64,000 nucleotides of DNA, taken from contig KV454011.1 of the NCBI GenBank assembly GCA_001661245.1, forward strand, positions 1,962,041 through 2,026,040, written 5' to 3'. The DNA is from Pachysolen tannophilus NRRL Y-2460 (Eukaryota). Made by a program: the position numbers and the translations under genes. Of the stretch, positions 9,933 to 21,900 are shown in pieces. The notes beneath the pieces were generated by a model that worked only from the letters and a program-made list of their open reading frames with translations, was not told where the DNA came from and searched no databases. Each line of letters opens with the position of its first letter. The first letter of the stretch is position 1.

Positions 9933-12900
9933 ATGTCTTCCACAATTGAATTAAATCATTTAATTGATTTCATTTTCAGCGTATCCAACACTTTGCAAAG
10001 TTCTAAAAAAGAAGATATAATATATTTTAAGGAAAAAGCGGTGTTACAGTTGTATCTAAATTTTATCAATGATTTATCTTCGAGCAGCTTATTTATTTCC
10101 AAAAAAATTAAACACGATGATAAGGAAGGAGAAAAAGGGATTAGAAATGAGTTTGAGTTTTTAATAATGGAATCATTATTACAAGATTTCCATGGTATAG
10201 TGTCGACTATTGCAATTATTAAACCAAAGGGGTCTTTGAGCTCTGAAATTCCTTTGGAGGCACAATTACAAGTTTTCAATTTACAACATAACGAAAAGGA
10301 GAAGAATACATTTGAAACTTTAAGAGCGCTAATATCCAATGGGATATCTCCTTATTTTGATTCCTTGACAAATAAAGTTAGTGATGACAATGGTAATAGC
10401 GGTAATGTAGGTGAATACTCATCTATAGAGATAACAAAGAAAAAATTATACGAATTGGTAACATTATTGGGAAATAGTCAGCATAATATTCAAACTCCAA
10501 ATTTATTGATGTCGGTAAATCCAATAATTAAAAAATCTATAGAAAATTATGGAAATGATGCCATTGAACACATAGAGTCACAAAACTTATTGACTGACTC
10601 TTCATTTCTAAATGAATTACAAAATAGTGTTAATACTTGGATAAAATTATGTCAAGAAGTAACTCATCTAAATCATGATCCGGCATCAGGAACTGCAGCA
10701 GATGAAATAAGTTTTTGGATATCATTAGAAAAAGCTTTATTGTCTATACAGGAACAATTGAGCTCAGCTGAAGTTTCTTTAACTTTAGATGTATTAAAAA
10801 AGGCAAAAAGATTTCATGCAACGGTTAGTTTTTTGTCTGATACAGGTATTAATGAAGCATTACTTAGAGCTCAGAAATACAACCAATTATTGAAGGATTT
10901 TCCTCTTGATGAAATCTTGTCCTTAACATCTTTTAGTAAGTTAGAAGAAGCTGTAATTTTAGTTTTTAACCATTTGAAAAAATTGAGAGTTACTGAATAC
11001 CCAATAAGTAGAGTTTTACCTTTTGTTGAATTGATTTCCGTGGAAGTTGAGATAAGACTTCGAGCCATATTGAAGGAGTACGATTTGCTGGCTTTACCTT
11101 ACAACGAATTTAACGATATAATGAATAAAATTAATTTATGTTTTAATACATATGATGAACAATTGAAAGAATTTATAAGTTTAGCTCGAGAACTATCTAG
11201 AAAAAGATCAGAGAAACTTATTTTAGTAAGAATTAATTCTAAGACTGATACTTTAAAGGAAAAAATTTATCAAATAAATTCATTTAGAAAATCACACGAA
11301 GAATTGAAAACTACTATACATCTTTTAAATAATGAGGAGTTGAATGATTTATTATCTTATGCTTATGAAAGCATTAAAGTGATAGATATATATGACCAAA
11401 ATAAATGGAATTCAGCTGAAACAATATATAATGAGAGATTAGCTAAAATTGAAGCAATAGTTATTAAGATGTTAAAAGATTCCTTGTCGAATTGCAAAAA
11501 TGCAAATGAAATGTTTGGTATATTTGAAAAATTTAGCACTTTGTTGGCAAAGCCAAATATTAGAAATTCTGTTCAAGAATATCAATCGCAACTATTGGAA
11601 ATAATTAAATCCGAAATCCAGAATTTATCATCTCAGTTGATTCAACAAAAAGAGATTTCAAAGTTATTTAATTTAAGAGATTTACCACCTGTAACTTCTA
11701 TGATAATTTGGGCAAAACAAGTTGAAAAAAATTTAAATTTTTTTAGTGACAAATTGCAATTGGTACTAGGTGATGATTGGAAACAATACCCAGAAGGCCA
11801 GAAACTCTATGCTGAACTTTCGGTTTTCAAAAATAAGTTAGATGTTCAACCTCTTTACGAGAGCTGGTTAAAGGACTCGTTACATATGGGAAACAATAGT
11901 GAAAACTTGAAAATTTTCAAAATAATCAAAGTTAATAATAATAATAATAATGTGAAGTCAGATCAGAAATTTTTTGAAATTGTGATTAATTTTGATTATT
12001 CAATAATTGACCTTTTCAAGGAAGTAAAACATTTATCATTTTTGAAGTTTAATGTCCCTCACTCAATAAGTTTGAAATCAAGAAATATTCGGAAAGTGTA
12101 TCCTAAAATCATTAGTTTATCAGAAACCTTATCTTTGTGGAATCTTGCATTACAAGAAGTGGATAAATTGAGTGATTTGAAAATGTTAATGGACCCTGAT
12201 AAGGAACGCATTATTGAATTAATATCTGGATTAGTAGACATAGAATGGGGAACTTTGATAAAGGCTCAGGACATCGGTGAGGTTGACGACGAACTTGATG
12301 GAAGCCAAAGCTTTATGAAAGATTTATATGAAATGAAGGTATGGAACAATGTGAATCATTTGGAAGAGGTGACTTTGGTGTTTTATGCGAATTTAGAATT
12401 TTTAAACAAAACAAAGGCATCCTTAATTCAGCTTTTTGAACAATTGGCTATTATCAAATATGATTTTGATGAGTTCAGTAATTTGATTTCAGAAGTTCAG
12501 AAAATTGTTGATGAGATCATTTTAAAAGGGTTTACAAACGTTGGTAATTTGGTTTCTGTGATAAATGAGAAATTATCACAAATATTGACCAATAAGTGTA
12601 TCAAAGAACTAGATCTTTGGTACAACTCTGTGAATTTTGATAACTCAGATGATTTGTCAGATGATTTTGATAACGAAAAAAGTCGATTTGTCTCATATTT
12701 GAAATTCGAAATGATAGTTAAAGATCAAACTATCATGATTTCTCCTATGATTGAATCTGCAAAAGTTTCTTGGCTATTAGGGTTACAAAAATTGGTTAAG
12801 GTAATTTTGGATCAGAAAAAAATTACTTCGGAAAGGTTTGATGTGTTTCAAGTAAATGCAGTAAATGCGAACAGCAAAATAAAAATTGACGAAACCCAAA

Positions 12901-15900
12901 AGTTAGAAACATTCAGCAGCATTATTTTTTTTATCCTGAGAGATATTGAACGTTGTTTGAATTTGGTAGATTTCAAATTCAAGAAAATTTCAAAATACTT
13001 GGAGGACTGCTTTAAATTTCAATCATTGTGGGAGTTGCAAATAGAGGATGTTGTTGTGTTCCTTGGTGAGGATGTAGAATCATGGATTTTGCTTTTGAAC
13101 GAACTCAAAGAGTCACGGGATGCCTTCGATACCGTTGAAACTTCAAAAAGTTTTGGCTACATAACAATTGATTACGAACACATACAGTTTAAAGTGACGG
13201 CGAAATACGATATTTGGCAAAGACAAATCGCCTTGAAATTTTCTGAGGTTTTGAATTTATCTATGAAAAATTTTCACTCAGCGGTTTTGAATTCCAGAAA
13301 GTCCTTAGAAAAATTAGACTATAAAGACTCTATTCAAGATACTATTAGTTTAATATCCAACATAAACAGGATTCAATTGAACTTGCCGTATTTTGAAGCG
13401 AGGTTAAAATTGATCGAACAGGCCGAATTATTATTAGTCAAAAATAGATTTCGTTTTGGATCTGATTGGTTGACCTCAGAGCAGGTTCACGATGATTTCT
13501 TTTCCTTAATTGAAATCTTCGATAAAAGATCGAAACTAATTGAAGGTAAAAGGGATTCAATTATTTCCAAGATCAATTCAGAATCTTTGAAAATCGAGGA
13601 CTCCATTTCTACGCTGCTCTTTGACTGGTCCACTGCTAAGCCAGTTTCGGGTAATATTGCACCAGCAGAAGCATTGAAGATTTTGGTAACTTTTGAAAAC
13701 AAACTTATTAGTTTAAAGAAATCGAAGGACGATTTAGTTTCGTCGTCTAAAATATTGGGGATTGATCTCAAATTAGTAAGTTCAGTGGAGTCAACGTTGG
13801 AGGAAATTTCTGATTTAAAAAACGTTTGGAACTCAATTAATGAATTATGGGAAACTCTACTGAATTTTAAGACTCAAAAATGGATTGAGATTTCCCCCCT
13901 TTCTTTGCATCGTCAACTAGATGATTTACTTTCAAAGTCAAGATCAATGCCGCTCAGAATTCGTCAATACACTGCTTTTGAAGGTGCTCAGGATATTATT
14001 AAAAATTATATAAAAGCTAATACCCTTGTTACTGATCTTAAATCAGCTATGAAGCTTCGTCATTGGCAAAATCTTTTCAAAAGCTTGAATAAAAAGTTTG
14101 TTTTCACTTCAATGGAAGAAATGACCTTGGGTGATATTTGGGACTTAGACATTTTAGCTAACGAAGGACTTTTTAAGAATATGATTATTCAAGCTTATGG
14201 GGAAAAATCAATTGAGGATAAGCTAAACGATATTAAAGAAACTTGGAAGAATACGACTTTTGATTTATTCAATTATCACGATAAATGCCGATTGGTTAAA
14301 AATTGGGACGTATTATTTCAGATTTGTGAGGACAATTTAAACTCCTTGACCACCATGCGCCATTCTCCTTATTACCTCTTATTTGAACAGGAAGCATCTC
14401 TTTTAGAAGAGCAATTAAATAAGATGTTTTCCTTATTAGATATTTGGATTGAGGTTCAAAAGGAATTTGTTTATATTGATGGCGTATTCGGTGGTAATAG
14501 CGATGTTAGAAAATTATTACCGTTGGAGACATCAAGATTTTCCAACATTAGCTCTGAATTTTTTTTGATCCTAAAAAGTGTTTATAAATCTGCAATCGCC
14601 ATCGATTCTTTGACAGTTTCTGATATCCACAGATCCATGGAGAGAACTTTAGATGTTTTGATTAAAATTAGAAGATCACTATCTGATTATTTGGAGCAGC
14701 AAAGGGATAACTTTCCTAGATTTTATTTTGTTGGGAACGAAGATTTATTGGAAATAATTGGAAATTCGAATGACTTACCTATTATTCTGAAACATTTCAA
14801 AAAGATGTTTGCCGGTATAGCTGATGCTTCAGTCAAAAAAGAAACAGGCGAGATAACCCATATCATATCAGAAGAAGGAGAACATATAGAATTGTTTAAC
14901 AGTGTTCAGTTGAAGGAGAGTCCTCCTTTACATGAATGGTTAGCAGAATTGGAGTTGGAAACTAAAATCACTTTGTCGAAATTATTGGAAAACTCAATTA
15001 ATGAATTTTCTAACATATTGGGAAACGACTTTGAAATGGAGTCTTTGGTTTCTTGGATGGATAGCTATCCTTCCCAGATTTGTATTGTTACATCTCAAGT
15101 TTGTTGGACCAAGCTGATTGAACTGGAAATTTTGGGCTCTTCAAATTTAGATGCAGTGAAATCAAATATCATGAAGCTGCTCAAATTTTTGGCCAAGTTG
15201 GTTAATCAGGACCAAAGCTTAATTAAGCGAAGAAAATTTGAAAACTTGATTATTGAATTCATTCATCAAAAAGATATCATCACTTTGTTGGTTGCAAAGG
15301 GGGTCAACAGCATTGACAATTACTCGTGGAGAAGTCAATTAACGTTTTATTACGATTCAGAAAATCCTGATTATTTGAGCCGTTTAATTGTCAGACAGGC
15401 CAATAGTTCAACGAAGTATGGTTTTGAGTACCTTGGTGTGCCAGCAAGATTAGCTTATACACCATTAATCGACAAGTGTATTTTAGCAATGACTCAAGCG
15501 TTAAATGAACGTAAAGGAGGTTCTCCCTTTGGTCCTGCGGGTACAGGTAAAACGGAGACAATCAAATTTTTATCTCAAAATTTGGGTAAAATGGTTTATA
15601 TATTTAATTTTGATGAATCATTTCAGTTTTCATCGATCAGCAGAATTTTACTCGGTATTTGCCAAGTTGGTGCATGGGGTTGTTTTGACGAGTTCAATAG
15701 GTTAGATGAGAAAATGCTCAGTGCTGTTTCAACTCAAATAGAGAAAATAGAACTTGGCCTAAGTTTTCAAACTTCTTCAAACAAGATAGAGCTTTTAGGA
15801 AAACAAACTCTGGTACATCCTGAATCTGGTATATTTGTCACCATGAATCCAGGATATGCTGGTAGATCTACATTACCCGAAAATCTAAAGAAGTTGTTTA

Positions 15901-18900
15901 GAAGTTTTTCAATGAATAAACCCGACAGAGAGGTTATTGCCGAGGTGGTTCTTAACTCCCAGGGATTCACCACAGCAGCATCTTTAGCAAAGAAAATTGT
16001 ACCCTTCTTCTCGCAATTAGAGGAAAAGACATCGAGGCAAACACATTACGATTTTGGAGTACGTGCCTTGAAAAGCACATTAATACATTGCGGTATAAAT
16101 AACAGGAAAACGATTGATACGAATCTGGGTGTAGATGAATTGCTCATAGTTTTGAAAAGTTTGGAAGAAACTATAAGACCTAAGTTGACTTCTGCAGACG
16201 AAAAGATTTTCACGAAACTTGAAGATGAATTTTTTGGGCTTAGTTATCAATTGGACAGCCAAGAGGAGCTTATTTCTTGCTTGAAAACGGTTTCGCAAGT
16301 GAGCGGAATTACTCTTTCTTCTGAGTTTATCAAAAAAGTTATTCAGCTTTATCAAATACAATCTACTCATCATGGTATTATGCTTGTTGGAGAAGCAGGA
16401 GTAGGAAAATCTACTATTTGGAAAACCTTACTTTCTGCTTTAGATAGGATTGAAGATTGCGAGAGCATACGTTATATTATTGATTGCAAAGTTATTACAA
16501 AGGACAAGATATATGGATCGCTTGATCCGATAACTCGTGATTGGACTGATGGTATATTTACCCATATTTTGAGAAGAATTGCCGAAAATTTAAGAGGAGA
16601 GTCGTCTAGGCGGACTTGGATCATATTTGATGGTGATATTGATCCTGAATGGGTAGAAAGTTTGAACAGTGTTTTAGATGATAATAAGATTTTGACTTTA
16701 CCTAATGGTGAAAGAATTTCTTTACCACCAAATGTGAGACTTATTTTTGAAGTTGATACTCTTAGATATGCTACTCCTGCCACAGTAAGTAGATGTGGGA
16801 TTGTTTTTATTGGTAATCCGGTCGTAAATGAAACCGAGTTACTATCGAAATTGGTATTTGATTTTGGGTCTCGGGATGGATTTGACGAAGATTCAAGTAA
16901 TCTTTCTTTTCAGAATTTGCAAAAAAGTTATTCCCAGTGTATTTTGAATATTTTGAAGCCAACTGTGCTATCTGAAATTATTCTGAAGGGCTCAACTTTA
17001 GTGCATTACATGGATTATAACGTTGTTCATACATTGACTATGTTTCAAATGATGTCAAGAGTATTTTTGGACAAGATTCTGTCGTCTGGTTATTTTGATA
17101 TTGTGACTGAATTTACAACTAAGGCTGTCTTGCTTTCCTTAGCATGGGCTTTTGCTGGAGATTCTTCAACGGAGGATAGAGAAATGTTCAGCAGTTTTCT
17201 TTTGGATATGTTCAACGAGAATATTCCCGGAGGAACCTTGTTTGATTATACTATAAATTTACCAAACTGTGACTTCGTCACTTTTTTTGTACCAGAAATT
17301 TCGTTAGAAAAGCAAGAACTTTTGAAACCGGATTTACTAATTCCCACAACCGACACTGTGAAACATGAAGAATTGATTTACTCAATTATTCATCAGCATA
17401 AAACGTTGATAATGTGTGGTCCTCCAGGTTCTGGAAAGACAATGACATTGTTTGCTGCGCTACGTAAATCACCAGATTTAGTTTTTGTCGACATTAATTT
17501 TTCTAAAGAAACTACTCCTGAATTACTCTTGAAGACGTTGGAGCAATATTGTGATTATAAAAAATTGCTGAGTGGAACCATATTAGCTCCGAAAATACCA
17601 GGAAAATGGTTGGTGATCTTTGCGGATGAATTAAATTTACCTAAAGTTGATAAATTTAATTCCCAAAAAGTAATCAGCTTTATGCGAGAGTTGGTGGAAA
17701 GAGGAGGATTTTACAAAAGCAACCAGTGGATTCATTTGAAAAACGTTCAATTTGTTGGCGCATGTAATCCTCCATCGGATCCAGGTCGACACCTGCTTTC
17801 AATGAGATTTCTCAGGAATACTATGGTTATTTCTGTCAATTATCCGAATAAAAAATCGTTGTGCCAAATATATAATACTTTAATGACTTCAATTTTTAGA
17901 GGAAGTAAGTTGATTCAATATGCCACATTTTTCAGTTCTTCAATAATCGACATTTACCTCAACTTAAAAAGTAAATTTACAGAGGAAATATTCAGTCCAA
18001 GGGATATAACCAGAGTTATAAAAAGTTTCTTTGTCTATCTTGAAGATGCATCGGACTTGGAGAAGGCATTGAGAATTTTACTATTTAATTTATTGCGTGT
18101 GTTCTCTGATAGAATGTCCAAGGAAATCGACAGAATTGAAATATTTGAAATCTACAAAACTGCTTTAGAATCGCATTTCCCGAATATTTCACCCGAAGTG
18201 TTTAAGCAACCACTACTTTATAGTAACTGGTTCTCAATGGGATATGAAGAGGTAAAATATGCCGAATTTCGATCATTTGTTTCAGAAAGGTTACGTATAT
18301 TTTGTGAAGAGGAGACAGATGTACCTTTAGTTTTGTACGACGAGTTATTGGATCATGTATTACGAATTGATAGAGTATTGAGACAACCTCAAGGACATAT
18401 GATATTAATCGGTACAAGCACTAGCGGCAAGACAACGCTAGCGAAGTTTGTTTCATGGGTCAATGGGTTGAAAACTTATAAGTTATTAACAAATAGAAAA
18501 TTTTCTTTGGAAGATTTTGACCAAGAATTACGTGATGTTTTAGTCAGAGTAACAATAAAGAATGAAAAACTTTGCTTTATTGTTGATGAATCTAATATCC
18601 TTGAGACTGCGTTTTTGGAAAGAATGAACAATCTTTTGTCTAACTGTGAAATTCCTGGACTATTTGACGAGGAAGAAATAAAGGTTATGACAAACAGATT
18701 AGGATTAGAAGAATCTGAATTCACTAATTTTTTTAAAAATAAAATTTCTGAAAATTTACATGTTATTTTCACTATAAGTGATTCCGATGATATTCACTCA
18801 CCAAGAATTCTTTCTTCTCCCGCATTGTTAAATAGATGTGCGGTAAACTGGATGGGCGATTGGTCCAATAAAACATTATATCAAGTTGCAACCTCTTTGA

Positions 18901-21900
18901 TACATAATCTCCCGGTTGATATGCCAAACTATTCGGAGCCAGCGTCATTTGAAAAGTGCATTACTCAATCAATTCAAAGCTATGGCGATGTTGTTGTTGA
19001 CTCCTTAGTTTTTATTCATCGTCTGAAAGTTAATAATTGTGATCGTTTTTTTCAATCTCCAGGCACCTTTTTGGATTTCACTAACCACTTTTCAAGAATT
19101 TTCATGCAAAAAGAAGAAGAATTACAAAACCATCAGAAACATATTAACGTAGGTTTAGATAAATTAAGAGACGCTGTGCTTGCAGTAAGAGATTTGAAGG
19201 AAATGTTATCCAGCCAGAAAGCTGATTTAGAAACGAAGGATAAAGAGGCAAGATCTATGCTAAATAAGATGCTCTCTGAACAGAACGAAGCAGAACGCAA
19301 AGAGGAGGCTTCTATTGAAATTCAGACTGCTTTGGAAGAGCAAGAAAAAGAAGTTACAAAACGTAGGGCGATTGTTATGGAAGATTTAGCGCTGGCAGAG
19401 CCTGCTGTTTTAGAGGCCCAGAGAGGTGTTAAAAATATCAAGAAAGAACATTTAAATGAATTGAAGGCAATGAGAACACCACCTGAAGCTGTTGTTTTGA
19501 CTTTAAAATCTGTTTGCGATTTAATTGGTTACAATCCCGAGACATGGCGTGATATTCAATCAATTATCAGGAGTGATTCCTTCATTGTTGACATTGTTAA
19601 TTTTGACAATGAACGTCAATGTACTCAAGATGTGATTAACTATATGCACGAAAAATATCTTTCGCGTCCAGATTACAATTACACCACTGCTAATCGTGCA
19701 AGTAAAGCATGTGGTCCGTTACTTCAATGGGTTGAAGCTCAGATAAGATATGCTTCAATATTGGAGAAAGTAGGCCCTTTGAGAGATGAAGTTCATACGC
19801 TAGAAAATGAAGCTAAGCAGACGAAGGTGAAACTAAATGCGGTTGATGAGATGATTCGAGATTTACGCAATAGCATTGAACATTATAAGGATGATTACAG
19901 TTCTTTGATTAGAGAAACTGAACAAATTAAAACGGCTATGTCCACTGTGGTACAAAAAGTAAGACGCAGTGAGAAACTAATTGAAGACCTTACAGGGGAA
20001 AGAGAAAGGTGGAGAGCAAGCGTAAAGGAATTTCATCTACAACGTAAGTGTTTGGTTGGAAATTCTCTTCTATCGGCTGCTTTTTTAAGTTATTGTGGTT
20101 ATTATGATCAGAAGACTAGGTTCAACTTACTCAGGATTTGGAAGAGTAAGTTAATGTCTTCCGGAATTGCTGTGGATGAAAATTATGTTACTACTAACTA
20201 TCTATCCACTCCTAGCAACATTATAAAGTGGGAAGAAAATGGCACACCAAATGATGACTTGTTTATTGAAAACATGATAATGCTTACTCATTCACAGCGC
20301 TTTCCTTATATAATTGACCCTTCAGGAAAAATGTTAGAGATTTTAACTGCTGAAATTTTACCTAGAAAGTTGATTATAACCAGTTTTCTCGATGACGGTT
20401 TTGTGAAAAAATTAGAAAACGCTTTAAGATTTGGCAGTTCTATATTAATTCAAGATGCTGAAAAGTATGATCCAATTATAAGTCAAATTTTGTCTAAGGA
20501 AGTCCATAGAACAGGGGGTAGAACTTTAATGTGTTTAGGTAAACAAGAAATTGATTGTACAGATGGGTTTAAATTATATCTTTATACCAGAGATCCTTCT
20601 GTTAAGATACCTCCCTTTGTATCAAGCCGTACCACCACTATTAACTTTACTGTTACAGCTAGTTCATTGGAGGCACATTCTTTGAATATGACTTTAAAGA
20701 AAGAGAATCCCGAGATTGAAGAACAGAGATTAGAATTAATCAAAATACAAGGAGAGTATAAGGTGCATTTGCGAAAATTGGAAGATCAACTATTGAAATC
20801 ATTAACCGATTCAAATGGAAACATTTTAGATAATGATGAAATTATAAATACGCTAGAGATATTAAAGCATGACTCAACTGATATTTCAAAGAAAATGGAA
20901 GAAACGTCACATATCATGGAAAAGATGGATTCTATTCTTGTCCAATATTATCCGTTGGCTTCTTCCTGTTCTTCTTTATACATTATGTTGGATTCATTTA
21001 AAAATGCTAACAGATTTTATCAGTTTTCATTAGGTTATTTTGTTGAATTATTAACTTGCGTCTTGAATTCAGAAAGAAATTTAGACCCTCGACATAACAA
21101 AGTGGATGATTTAGTTAAAAAATTGTATCAAGAGGTATACTCGAGAACTGCACTATCTTTATTACATGAAGATAGAGTTATTCTTTGCCTAACAATGTTT
21201 GCATTATATTTCAATTTTAAACATAATGTTTCACTTTTACCTATAGTCATAGCCATTTTGCGAACAATTTCGAAAAAGGACCTGAATGTCGAAGATTTAA
21301 TAAGAATTACAAATTTGATGGAAATAAAAGTTGACCATGAATTATTAGAATCATGTTATAATGATTGGTCGGAAGAGTCATTTAAAACTTTGATTAAAAA
21401 TGTCAAAGATTATGATTTTATCATTCCATTGTTAAAATCATCATTTAAAATTAAAAATGCTTCAAATGAATGTTTAAGTGTATTTACTGAAGTCAGCAAA
21501 TTTTTCCTTGAAAATAGTAATAGTCCGTATGGCTCCAAATATAGCTTGAGTGACGTTGTACTTTTCAATAACGAGCATTCCTCTAAACCAATTGTTTTAT
21601 GCTCACCAGAAGGTTATGATGCCACTTTTAAAGTTGAAAGTATTAAGCAAGAATTTTGTATCGACAAATTGGTAGTAATAGCTATGGGATCCAACGAAGC
21701 TATTGAAATTGCAGATAAGGAAATTAATAAAGCGGCAAAGGAAGGATATTGGGTCTTGATTCAAAATGTTCAAATGTCTAACAATTGGCTTGAATACCTT
21801 CAAAAAAATTTAGAATCCTTAGTTTTACCTCATAGAAATTTTAGGCTATTTTTAACTTGCAGTTTGGCCTCCAAACTACCAATAACACTTTTAAGAGAAT